A stretch of DNA of 64,000 nucleotides, taken from an uncultured Gemmatimonadales bacterium (GTDB lineage Bacteria > Gemmatimonadota > Gemmatimonadetes > Gemmatimonadales > GWC2-71-9). The translations under genes and the position numbers were made by a program. Location: positions 96,001 through 160,000 of the forward strand of contig CAWGSK010000013.1 in NCBI GenBank assembly GCA_963825055.1, given 5' to 3'. Numbering within the stretch: position 1 is the stretch's first letter; each line of letters opens with the position of its first letter. This document shows positions 41,401 to 51,143 of this stretch, piece after piece. A model generated the notes under the pieces. It was not told where the DNA came from and did not search any database. It worked only from the letters and a program-made list of their open reading frames with translations.

Positions 41401-43383
41401 TATATGCGTCCTTAATGCGCGTCGGCGCCCCCCAGTGGTCCACCCAGAAGGTGGCATCATAGTTTCCGGCACGCGGTCCCTGGATCTTGGTATATCGCGC
41501 TGACGTGTCCGGCGGGTTGATCGCTGTGCCAGCAAAGAGCCCCGCCTGATCCCAAGGAGTGACGTACGTCGACGCGGTGCTCGTCCCGGTCGGACCGAAT
41601 GGAACGTCAAACTTCTCAACACGCAGGCCCTTGAAGTAGTAATAGGTCGATGTGTAGCGCCCCGGTTGGTGCGGGTCGTGAGTCGTCCGTTGGAGTCGTA
41701 GCCGTACCCCGTGGTCACGTTATCGGGGTCAGGCTCACCAGACGCCCGCTGGTTACCGTGGCATCAAGATCCGGGAGGCGGGATCGATGATCTTGTCCAG
41801 CTTGCCGCTGACATAGGTCAGGGCATAGGACGCTCCTGCCCGGAGGGACGGCGATAGCCGTGAGCAACGCGCCGGACCACGTGAACGTCGTCGACTGTCC
41901 AGCCCGGTTCGTGGTCTGCACGTGCTTGCCGGACGAGTTGTATGTGACAACGACCCCGTACTTGAGAGTCCGTTCGTACTGACTGCTCACCAGCCGGATG
42001 GTGTCCCGATACGCGCCAAGGGGAGCCACCCAGGTTGTCGAGTTCACCTGGGAGTAGAGCTTTGACGACCCGTCGCCACCGATCCAGAGGATACCATTGC
42101 CGCCAGCCGGCTGATTCAGGACCAGCTGTTGCGACCCGAACGAGGCTCCATCCCGTTCCGTAGGCGCTAGCCGCTCGATTGACAACGACCAGTTGGCCCG
42201 AGACGATGTCACTGTATGAACTTGCCGAATACTGATTGGTCACCTCAAGGAGGAAGGGATAGACTCCCCAGGAATCCGTCGAAGCGTCATACGTCAGGGT
42301 GATGCGCGGCTTGAACTGCCCGTGGACCAGGCATACGAACCCGCAACCTTTGTAACCCAGGCACCTCCTATCTGAACCTTCAGGTTCGCCAGGAGCGTGC
42401 TGGGAACTGCTTGCCCCGTCGGTTGGGTTACGGTGGCGGTCACGACTGGCTTTGGGATCGCCTGCGCCGACGAGTAGAGCAGTGTCAGGGAGCGATCTCT
42501 TCCCAGGGTCCGGTATGACGGCAATCCCTGCGTCGCAACCAGGTCTCCACAAACGAGTGCCGCTTCGCCCGCACCTGCAACGAGGCACTGGGATCTGTCC
42601 CAGTTGTCGTCGGAATGATTGTAGAGCGCTATGTCGGGGGCCCCTTCGTCGGCAGCGGTGATATTGTATGAGCCCTGGTCGCTGACTGGACCTGTACCGC
42701 TCGCATTGAGGCGCAGGAGTCCACTGGAGGAGCCGACGCTGAATGTGACGCTGACCACCCCGTCATCCGCCGCAGAGAGGTATATGGATCCCGGAGATAC
42801 GGACACGCAGGTCACGCCGAACGCCAGGCACGAGAACGTGTACGTATTTGCATAGGTGCCCGTATTGAGGACATAGAAATTCAAGGTGTGGTTTCCCGAG
42901 TTCTTGGCGTAGGTAACGGGACTGTTGTCCGGCGTGACCCTCACGCCGTATGAACCGCCCCCACCGCCGCCGCCTACTGCGGCCATACCGGACTGTTTGC
43001 TGGCGCCAGTGCCGTCAACAAGATATTGCGCCCGTTTTTCCGTCCTGCCGGCTGTTGCAACGAGCTCCAGCGCTCCAGTGCCTTCCCCAGCCAGGTACTT
43101 CACGCTAATCGTCGTGGCCTCATCTGCGGCCAGGCGCACTCGCGCGCTCGAAGCCAGGGAGCATGACACACCTCCGTAGCCCTCACAGGACAGGTCCACC
43201 CACTGGGACCTTCCGCTGATATTCATGAGGCGGAACTGGACCACGGAATCGGTGACAGCCAGCCTCGCCGGTCCGCTGCCGGGGCGATCAGTCCTCCCGG
43301 AGCTGGCCACCTGGGCCCAGCCGCGGCTCGGGACAAAGAGGATGAGGAGGAGCGGAAACAGCATGCGGACACGAGCGGGACAT
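38489..43383 (-). CDS. RHS/YD-repeat protein 2 with Sec signal peptide and glycine-rich hydrophobic C-terminus (multiple frameshifts)
   Basis: N-terminal ORF 42294..43364 (signal LFPLLLILFVPSRGWAQ), YD-containing fragments at 41-42.5 kb, and ORF 38489..40936 with NRAYDARTGRWTQEDPIG..DPFGL. The ATG at 43383 shares the CCGGAGTCC RBS context of RHS1 but is 1 nt out of frame. Confidence 0.88.
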
Positions 43384-43416
43384 GACGGACTCCGGGATGA
43401 GAGTAAGCCCCAGTCA

Positions 43417-43434
43417 TTGCATGCAGCGGGCCGT
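43417..43434 (-). promoter_or_regulatory. sigma54 -24/-12 promoter of RHS2
   Basis: Minus strand ACGG-CCCGCTGCAT-GCAA (GG-N10-GC), about 36 bp upstream of ATG 43383. Same spacing as RHS1. Confidence 0.65.
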
Positions 43435-43448
43435 GGCCACTAAACCCG

Positions 43449-44562
43449 TCAACACGTTGAGAGTACGACAGTTAAGCAACCAGCCCCTCGCTCCAGTCTC
43501 AGTTCAGTCCCTCCAGATCTGTGAGATTGTCTCACGCCACAGTGAGACGGGGCCTTTGCGGGGTTCCGCTCAAGCGACACTCCACAGATCTTCAGGCGCC
43601 GGTAGAGGGTGGCCCGGCTGATCCCCAGCCGGTGGGCGGCCGCAACCCCGTCGCCTTCCGCTGCGGAAATAGCGTCCTGCAGCCGGCGGCGTTCCTCCCG
43701 CAGATGTCGAAGCGTCGAATCGATCGCTCCAGGTCCGGACGCCTGGTAGCCAAGCTGGATGGCCTCAGCCATGGCCCACCGCGAGATGATCGGATTCCGT
43801 TCGATGATCAAGGCCCTTTCAGTGGCCCAGCGCAGCTCGCGAACATTGCCGGGCCAGTCGTAGTCCTGGAGTAATGGTTCGACATCGGCGTTGACCTCTC
43901 TTCCCTTGACGAGAGGCAAACCATCGAGCCAGCGACATCAGATCGACTTTCTTCTCTCGCAGTGGCGGCAATGTGATCGTCACGCCGGCCACGCGCTCAA
44001 GCAAGTCCCTCCGGACCAGGTCCAGCGTGCTGTCGGGCAACGCGGCCGATACGAACCTCACCTCGATCCCCCTGGGAGCAACCTCCCCCACTCGCCGTAC
44101 CTGACCGGTTTCGAGCGCGCGAAGCAGCTTCGCCTGGCCCTCCGGAGAGAGTCCACCCAACTCATCCAGAAACAGGGTCCCACCGTGGCAGCCCTCCATC
44201 AGTCCAACCTTGTCGGCGCCGGCGCCGGTGAATGCGCCTCGACGGAATCCGAACATCTCCGCTTCGAAGAGGGATGCTGGAATTGCCGCGCAATTGACTG
44301 GCACAAGCGGCCCTCGGCGATCACTGAGTGTGTGCAATGCTGCGGCAAACAATTCCTTTCCTGTGCCGGTCTCACCAACAACCAGGACACTGAGCAAAGA
44401 CGAAGCGAAACGAGCCGCCACCTGCTTCGCTGCCGCAATTCTCTCCGAATCTCCCACGATGGCATCCAGTGACGAACAACTCGAATTCATCCGGGCATAC
44501 CTCGTCTGTGGTGAGGAACGTGGCGGTGGCGCACAACGCGGCTCTACTGCGCCGTCGGTCAA
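43449..44562 (-). CDS. sigma54-dependent enhancer-binding activator (AAA+ and Fis HTH, no regulatory domain; frameshift ~43900)
   Basis: GETGTGKE, VNCAA, GAFTGA, LFLDE. Second frame gives YDWPGNVREL and AAHRLGISRATLYRRL. Confidence 0.93.
43496..43548. promoter_or_regulatory. Putative upstream activator sequence GTCTCA-N8-TGAGAC plus half-sites
   Basis: Perfect palindrome at 43529-43548. Half-sites GTCTCA 43496-43501 and TGAGAT 43522-43527. Confidence 0.68.
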
Positions 44563-46025
44563 GCAGAATCCGGTCGGACGGCTTCAGGAAAGGACGCTCC
44601 AATGCGCGGCGCGGTCACCGCGTCTGCATCTTCATCGGTCCTGAGTATCCTCGGCGTGATAAAGAGGTACAGCTCGGTCTCGCTGCTCCGCCGGCTGGCG
44701 CTCCCGAACAACCCTCCGATGATCGGGATGCCGGACAGGATCGGAATGCCGGACTGGTTCCGGTCACGCTGCTCATCCCTGAGCCCGCCGATCACGATGG
44801 TCTGGCTGTCCCGGACCAGAAGCTGTGTCGTGGCCTCGCGGGTGGAGATGATCGGCGCGTCGAACTGGGTCTCGGAGGTCGCGGCGTTGATTTCCTGCTG
44901 GAGGGCCAGCGAGACGTAGCCGTCCTGGTTGATGGTGGGCCGGACGGTCAGCTTGGTCCCGACGTCCTTGTACTGGACGACCTGGTCCCGGGAGGGCGTG
45001 TCGGTTGGAAGGGACCGACTCACCTGCACGAACGGCCGCTGGGATCCGACCAGCAGTCGGGCTTCGGTGTTGTTGGAGGCAAGAATCACCGGCCGGCTGA
45101 TGATCTGGACCTCCCCCCGGCTCTGCGCCATCCGGAGCGTCGCGTCAATGTCGGCCTTGCCGATACTCATGAGGCGGATGACCAGGTCGCCCAGACCCCC
45201 CCCCGTGAGCCGGGCATCCACGGTGCCGCCATCCAGTGACTGTTTCGGCAGGAAGAGGTCGGCGCCGAGGGAGAAATTCCGGTCCCGGCGCGCTTCCACA
45301 ATGAGAATCTCGATCAGGACCTGGAGCGGCCGGACATCGAGATGATTCACCGCCTCGTCAATGACCTGGTAGTCCTCCTCGCCGGCACGGATGAGGAGTG
45401 AGTTCGTGAGTTCATCGGGCACGACGGTGACCGCTCCGCGCAGCATCGAAACCTCGCTCCCCACGACGGCCTGAGGGGTACTCCCGCCTTGCGGGGCCAC
45501 CTGGTTCCGCCGCAGTTCGTCGGCCAGGGTTCCGTTGGAGAGCCCACCCGAGCCCGCGAACGCCCCGCTGCCGCCGAAGAGCAGGTTGACGGTGGCGGCC
45601 ACGTCCGCCGCCCGGGCATGCTTGAGACGGATGACGAAGAGCCTGGGCGGCCCCGCAGCCGATGCTCCGGCGGCTGCCGTTGCCGGCACGGCGATGGGTG
45701 CGATCCGGTAGAACGCCGAGTCGTCTTCAAAGGAGAGCCCGTTCGCTTCCACCACACCGCGCAGCAATACCGCCACCTCTTCCCGGCTCACGGGACCGGG
45801 CGGCTCCAGGGTCACCCGGACCTGGGGGAGATTTGCGGTCACCACGGTCTTCGGCAGATAGGGCGACAGCGCGCTGATGGCCGCCCGCAACTCGGTATCC
45901 ACCAGCCGGATGACCACGCTGTCTCCGGCCGGAACCACGGCCGGTCCCTGCTGGCCCTGGACCTGGCTGGCCAGAACCGCCAGCGTGATCACGATGAGAA
46001 CAGCGTTCCGGAATCTCATGGCCAT
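44559..46025 (-). CDS. gspD: Type II secretion secretin GspD-like
   Basis: Signal peptide, IRLKHARAADVA, DELTNSLLI, LDVRPLQVLIEILIVE, DVGTKLTVRPTIN, IVIGGL, GIPILSGIPIIGGLFG, ELYLFITPRI. Confidence 0.92.
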   Translation of the reverse strand: MAMRFRNAVLIVITLAVLASQVQGQQGPAVVPAGDSVVIRLVDTELRAAISALSPYLPKTVVTANLPQVRVTLEPPGPVSREEVAVLLRGVVEANGLSFEDDSAFYRIAPIAVPATAAAGASAAGPPRLFVIRLKHARAADVAATVNLLFGGSGAFAGSGGLSNGTLADELRRNQVAPQGGSTPQAVVGSEVSMLRGAVTVVPDELTNSLLIRAGEEDYQVIDEAVNHLDVRPLQVLIEILIVEARRDRNFSLGADLFLPKQSLDGGTVDARLTGGGLGDLVIRLMSIGKADIDATLRMAQSRGEVQIISRPVILASNNTEARLLVGSQRPFVQVSRSLPTDTPSRDQVVQYKDVGTKLTVRPTINQDGYVSLALQQEINAATSETQFDAPIISTREATTQLLVRDSQTIVIGGLRDEQRDRNQSGIPILSGIPIIGGLFGSASRRSSETELYLFITPRILRTDEDADAVTAPRIGASFPEAVRPDSA

Positions 46026-46495
46026 GGCGTCCTCACGGGCAGTGACCACGTCGTGTCCGGGCCCTGCAGGGTTACCGAAGAGGGGGTGATTCGTGCGATC
46101 CTGATGCCACCCAGGGTATCGCCGGAATGTGCCAGGACGGCGCCCGCGCTCCCCGGCACGCCTTCAATGACGGCACTCGGCCGGTGCCCCCAGACGATCC
46201 CCGTGACCAAGAGCACCGGAAGTTCCTTCGGAGCGGTCGCGGGCTCGTCCGTCTGCTGAACAACCGAAAACGCCCTGGGAGCCGGCGCACGGTTCTGCCG
46301 GAACAGATCGTGCGCGACGACGTACGCCGCCAGAGAATCCAGTGGGGCAGATTCGACAGCGACGACCGGGTATTCGGGCTCAGAGACCGCCGGGAGGTCG
46401 GCATGGACAGGTCGGAGCAGGAAGACCCCGACCGGCAGTGCCGCGAGGCCAAGCAGCCCGAGAACTCGACGGCCGATCGTGCGAACGGATGCCAT
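46016..46495 (-). CDS. T2SS GspC/PilP-like bitopic protein
   Basis: N-terminal TM, then LVTGIVWG..SAVIE..GDTLGGIRIARI..V.L (HR-domain-like). Directly upstream of the secretin. Confidence 0.6.
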   Translation of the reverse strand: MASVRTIGRRVLGLLGLAALPVGVFLLRPVHADLPAVSEPEYPVVAVESAPLDSLAAYVVAHDLFRQNRAPAPRAFSVVQQTDEPATAPKELPVLLVTGIVWGHRPSAVIEGVPGSAGAVLAHSGDTLGGIRIARITPSSVTLQGPDTTWSLPVRTPWP

Positions 46496-46496
46496 C

Positions 46497-47105
46497 TCAG
46501 ATCCCGTCCGCAGGGCTCGACCGGGCGGCTCCCGGAATCTGCCGCTCCAGGTACCAGCCGAGGACAATGAAATCCGCATTCAGAAGCTCTGACCCCTCGT
46601 CCGCCTGGGCGGCGGCGACGTGCAGGCTATCCAGACGGAGTACGGGGCCCGCGGCCAGGTGCTGAAGCGTGGACACAATGCCGCCGAGATCTCCTTCGAG
46701 CGTCACCCTGACGCCGGCTCGGCGGAGCCACCCCGCACGCGCGGAATCCTGAACAGGCTTGATGGCAGAGATCCGGACACTGCCGGTTCCGGCACTCAGG
46801 GTCACCCTGCTTGTCAGGTCATCGGCCGCATCTGTGCTCGTCGTACCGGAGAGCAGGTCCGGCGCAAGCCCCACGACCGCGTCCTGAAGTTTTGTACCAC
46901 CACGCACCAGCCGCTGGCCATACTCCACCTCTCCCCGGTCCCGGGAGAGTTCGAACGCCAGCTCGTGCAGTCGGGCTTCCGCCGTCGAAACGACGTTCAA
47001 CAGCGTCGGGAGGCCCCTGAGGGCCACCCAGGCGGCGAGCACCACGGCCGCGCCCGCCAGTACCGCGCGACGGTTGCGCCCCGGTGGCAGGTGCAGGCCG
47101 CTCAT
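46497..47105 (-). CDS. T2SS GspM/PilO-like protein
   Basis: N-terminal TM, coiled segment, ferredoxin-like C-terminus (VRVTLEGDLGGIVSTLQHL..LRLDSLHV). Operon position. Confidence 0.65.
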   Translation of the reverse strand: MSGLHLPPGRNRRAVLAGAAVVLAAWVALRGLPTLLNVVSTAEARLHELAFELSRDRGEVEYGQRLVRGGTKLQDAVVGLAPDLLSGTTSTDAADDLTSRVTLSAGTGSVRISAIKPVQDSARAGWLRRAGVRVTLEGDLGGIVSTLQHLAAGPVLRLDSLHVAAAQADEGSELLNADFIVLGWYLERQIPGAARSSPADGI

Positions 47106-48085
47106 CGAACAACCTTGAACGAGAGTTCGAAAGGCACCGGCCCCGGCACCGCGCCGTCCTGCGGGAGAAGCTTCATGACGATATCCGAGAACAGCGAATC
47201 ACTTCGCATCGCCGCCTGGACCGCCCCGGGCCGGATCGTCTCACCGCGAATGGTCACGGACTGCCCGGCGAGATCGAGGCTCGTCGCCCAGGTAGACCCG
47301 GGGAGTGCCTGAGTGACCGCTGCGAGCGTCTGAACGACCATCGCACGATCACGCCTGTCCTTCCCGACGGCAACAACCATCGCCCGGGCCATTCCCGCTT
47401 CCCGTCGAGCAGCGAGAATGGCCTCAACCGGCGCCCGCAGCGCCTCCCGTTCCGTAATCAGGGACCGTCTGATGATGGCTACGCGTCCGGCGTAGAGACC
47501 TCCCAGGACAAGCCATGGGACCACTGCTGCCATGACCAGCCTTCGGTGGGACATGGCGCTCCGGGCCGTCTCGCGATTCAGGGCAAACGAAAGGCCGCGA
47601 TATTGGGGCGGGCTCTCCGGCCGAAGGACTGCCAGTACGCAACCGGCACGGCGGACGGACTCGACCAGGCACTCGGCCAGCGGGGCTTCTACGGCGGCCG
47701 ACAGGACGGTCTGCTCGCTACCGGTAGACTTCACGCGGGCACAGCTCGTGAGGAGCGGAGTTCCGTTCTGCCGAAAAAAGCGGGAGGCCTGCAGCTGAAC
47801 CATTCGCTGGAGCCGGGCCGGGCTTACCGGAGGCACGTCGCTCAGCACGCGGATCTGAATGAAGGCCCGATCCAGTCGGATTTCGACCTGACGAGGCCGC
47901 TTCGGACAAGCCGGAGATGCCAGAAGAGCCTCCAGCGCACCCGGCAGGTTCTCACGTGCTCCGAAATCAACCTCGGCCTCCCAGGAATGGCCGGTTTTCC
48001 GGCGGTGAAGCCATGGGCTCCCCGGGAGAGTTGCCCGTACCCGGCCCTCGAATACTTGCACCTGGATCCGGCGGGTCATGGGCAC
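47102..48085 (-). CDS. T2SS GspL/PilN-like protein
   Basis: Cytoplasmic domain, central TM, then LAAVTQALPGSTWATSLDL..VTIRG (PilN-like). Confidence 0.65.
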   Translation of the reverse strand: MPMTRRIQVQVFEGRVRATLPGSPWLHRRKTGHSWEAEVDFGARENLPGALEALLASPACPKRPRQVEIRLDRAFIQIRVLSDVPPVSPARLQRMVQLQASRFFRQNGTPLLTSCARVKSTGSEQTVLSAAVEAPLAECLVESVRRAGCVLAVLRPESPPQYRGLSFALNRETARSAMSHRRLVMAAVVPWLVLGGLYAGRVAIIRRSLITEREALRAPVEAILAARREAGMARAMVVAVGKDRRDRAMVVQTLAAVTQALPGSTWATSLDLAGQSVTIRGETIRPGAVQAAMRSDSLFSDIVMKLLPQDGAVPGPVPFELSFKVVR

Positions 48086-48927
48086 TGTCTCCGCACCACC
48101 GCCAGCCGCTCATGGAGAGGGACAAGGGTGATCAGGCACTGCGAGCGAATGGCGTAGCCCGACACACCCCCCGTCACCTCCGCCTGGATGATCCGGGACT
48201 GGAAGATCAGCCTGCGACTGAGTTCCGCATACTGCGTTGCGATGGTCCGCTGGTTCCGGGGAGCCAGTTGGGACATCAGTTCGTCAAGATTCCTGATCGG
48301 ACGGCCTCTCTGCCGGCGGTGCAGGAGAAGGGCCGTGGCGGCAGGCGGGAGGCCTGAGGTCGCCTCCAGGGCCCCCGCAGAAGCGGAATTCACGTTCAGG
48401 ACGGTGGCATCCACCGTGACTTTCGGGAGGATCGTGGCCAGGACGGTGTCGTCGAACCCGCGGACAAGACCCAGTTCGTCGGGAGATGCGAGGGGGCCAT
48501 TGCGGGGGCCGACGCGCCCCCTGGCCCGGTACCAGGCCAATTCTGCGCCCGCCGCTCGAGCCGAGTCATCCGGATCTCTCCAGTCCATCAAGGCCGCAGC
48601 CATCGTATCTGACCCGAACAGTTTTCGGAGGCTGGCGGAATCGGCGGTGTTGATATTGACCCGTCCCTCCGGATCCCATACGGACACATGGCACCATGTC
48701 CCATGCCCCAGCTGGACGGTATCCATCTCCACCATCGTAGAGTCCGTATACCGGGAATTCAGGATGGCAATGCAGGCCTCTCGGGCCCAGCCCGCCCGTT
48801 GGAGAAGGATTCGATTTCGGCCGGCTCCAATATCGGTCCTGGCCATTGCCAGGATTACGGCCGCTGCACTGCCGAGCGCGACGATGAGCCAGAGCACCGC
48901 AAGAAGCGCGAACCCGCGCCGGTTCAT
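48076..48927 (-). CDS. gspK: T2SS minor pseudopilin GspK
   Basis: Prepilin-like MNRRG/FALLAVLWLIVAL, then EGRVNINTA, ALMDWRDPDD, PRNGPL..ELGLVRGF, LNVNSA. Confidence 0.88.
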   Translation of the reverse strand: MNRRGFALLAVLWLIVALGSAAAVILAMARTDIGAGRNRILLQRAGWAREACIAILNSRYTDSTMVEMDTVQLGHGTWCHVSVWDPEGRVNINTADSASLRKLFGSDTMAAALMDWRDPDDSARAAGAELAWYRARGRVGPRNGPLASPDELGLVRGFDDTVLATILPKVTVDATVLNVNSASAGALEATSGLPPAATALLLHRRQRGRPIRNLDELMSQLAPRNQRTIATQYAELSRRLIFQSRIIQAEVTGGVSGYAIRSQCLITLVPLHERLAVVRRQCP

Positions 48928-48975
48928 CCACGGCCCCCGATCAGCAGAAGCGTCGTGTCCACTTCCAGGGTAACC
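48924..48975 (-). pseudogene. 3' remnant of the gene upstream of gspK (probably GspJ-like)
   Basis: Short frame VTLEVDTTLLLIGGRG-stop whose TGA overlaps the gspK ATG (ATGA coupling). No upstream body. Confidence 0.4.
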
Positions 48976-49119
48976 CTCACAGAACTCGCCAGCTTCTGCC
49001 AAGAGCCGTAGGATGGCACCCTTGATTGGCCCTGGTGACCCGGGACGTTGCACGGATGGACATCCCTCGGTGAGGCACCGGAGGACGAAGGCGCGGGTGG
49101 CAATCGAGAGCTTGTTCAT
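48975..49119 (-). pseudogene. N-terminal fragment of an IS1-like transposase
   Basis: Stitched frames give MNKLSIATRAFVLRCLTEG-MSIRATSRVT..GAILRLLAEAGEFC, an HTH N-terminus recalled from IS1-like transposases. The remainder is absent. Confidence 0.6.
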
Positions 49120-49173
49120 ATCGGTTGTATGCAGTACAATTGACACTCGGTCGCCTGTCAACGGGGGCATACA

Positions 49174-49444
49174 ATGGAGTTCAAGGAAGCGACTGACCGG
49201 CTGTTTGACCGGGTGGACCATCGCGACCTCGCCGAGAACTCCTCTGGGGGTCTCGGTGGCCTCGATCCGGCAAGCCCGGCTACGTCCACAGGCCGAGGCC
49301 CACCGCTCCCCACCGCAAGAGTGGGAGATTGCGGTGATCCGGGTTGCAGAGGAGCGGGTTGCCCACTATCGGCAGCTCGTCACCGCGATTCGTGAATCGT
49401 TGGCAACCGGCGGGGACACTGCGGGAGGGAGCGATGGCGACTGA
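49174..49444 (+). CDS. Small HTH-like protein (frameshift ~49240)
   Basis: MEFKEATDRLFDRVDHRDLAE joined to LGVSVASIRQARL..RSPPQEWE. Divergent from the transposase fragment. Confidence 0.6.
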
Positions 49445-51143
49445 CGTGATGGACTCACCACAGTCGAGCTTGGGGAAGCTCCTGCGGGGGCCATCTGCTC
49501 CAGGTGCCCCCTTACCAGCGCGACTACCGGTGGACAATCGATAAGGTCTCGCAGCTCTTCGATGACCTCGACGCGGCCTTCAACCGAAATGATGATCGGT
49601 ACTTCCTCGGGCTCATGGTCTTCATGCGGACGGAGACGCCGACTGGTCTAGAGGTTCTGGACGGGCAGCAGCGGCTCACGACGGCCTTCTTGTTCCTCGC
49701 CGCTTGCCGCAATTGGCTTGACCAGTCGGATGCCTTCAAAGCCGACGCGGAGAAGATCAACGTCGAGTTCATGGGCGAGCGCCGATTCGGCGAGAAGATC
49801 GTCTCTCCCCGTATCGTCCTCAATTCGGCCAACAATCAGGCGTTCAAGTCGTTTGTCGTTGAACGCCGGCCCCTGAAAGACGTTGAGCGAGAACTCGGGA
49901 AGATGCGAAAGCATGACCGGAGTCGCCGACTCCTTGAAGCCGCCCTCTACTGCCATAAGCGGATTGCAGAAATGGCCGAGAAGCGGGGCCGGGACGAGTG
50001 CGCCGCCCGACTCTCTCAACTCATCAACTTTCTAAACGAGCGCGCCCCTGTTGTCAGGCTAACCGTACCAGATGAGGGAACCGCGTTCACAATCTTCGAG
50101 ACGTTGAACGATCGCGGGATGGATCTCTCCCCGCTTGACCTGGTCAAGAACCACCTGTTCCGCTGCACCAACAAGGGGAGCGTTGCGCAGCGAACCTTCA
50201 AACCCGCTGGGGCCAGATGATGGGCGATCTTTAGCACAGCGCCCCAGATCAGTTCTTGAAAACTTTCTGGACTTCACGGCACGGCCGCGTGCAGACCCAT
50301 GCCCTGTTCAATGCGTTCACAAAGAGCTACAACAACCATGCCCAATGCGTAGACGTGTCGGTTGACCTCTTGTCCGCGTCGGAATATTATGCGGCGATGT
50401 CGCACCCGGACGATTCAACGTGGTCGTCCTATGGGGATGGCGCGGGGAAGTAATTCGATCCCTGGACATTTTTGGGGCCAAACAGACTCACCCAATCGTG
50501 ATGTCTGCACTCGAACGGTTTACTGAGTCCGAGATGGAACGCCTCCTGCGCCTTCTGGAGGTCGTGATCGTCCGCTACCAGTTCGTCGGTGGCGGGCGGA
50601 CTGGTGCGCTCGAAATCGGAATGCGCCAAGGTCGCACAAGGGATATGGGACCGGAAGGTGAAGGATGCGGCCGCCGCGTTCGCGCAACTCAAGGCCGTCT
50701 ACCCCAGCGATGAACAGTTCAAGGACCGACTCAGGGACTTCCGCAAAGCAACATCGACCAAGACGGTCTACATCTTCCACGCGCTGGAACGAGAGGCAGA
50801 GCGGCAGGCGACTGACAAGCCTGTCGCGGGTAGCAAGCTGGACACTGACGTGACAGTCGAACACATCCTGCCACAGAGGCCCGGGGAGGAGTGGCCCCCT
50901 GAACTGGCAGACGACGAAGACGACCTGACCAGCTGGATTGGAAACCTCTGCCTGCTCCGAAAGGGAGCTAACAGGAAGCTTGGGAGGGCAGCTTTTGCGG
51001 AGAAGCGGGCGCTCTATGCGGAGAGTGGTCTCCGACTAACCCGCGAAATCGCCAGTGAATATCAGGTATGGGACAAGGACGCGATTATTCGGCGGCAGAA
51101 TTATCTGGCTGAGCTGGGAGTGCTGGCTTGGCGGTTTCAGTAG
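49434..51143 (+). CDS. DUF262-DUF1524 (GmrSD-like) restriction nuclease (several frameshifts)
   Basis: PPYQRDYRW, LDGQQRLTT, IFETLNDRGMDLSPLDLVKN, then TVEHILPQ and IGNLCLL..N (HNH-type DUF1524). Confidence 0.88.

Noticed and set aside
44559..48927. Type IV pilus, Tad or T6SS assignment
   Set aside because: A GspK-type pseudopilin and GspD-type secretin in K-L-M-C-D order fit T2SS. No PilM ATPase-like, Tad or T6SS core genes are present.
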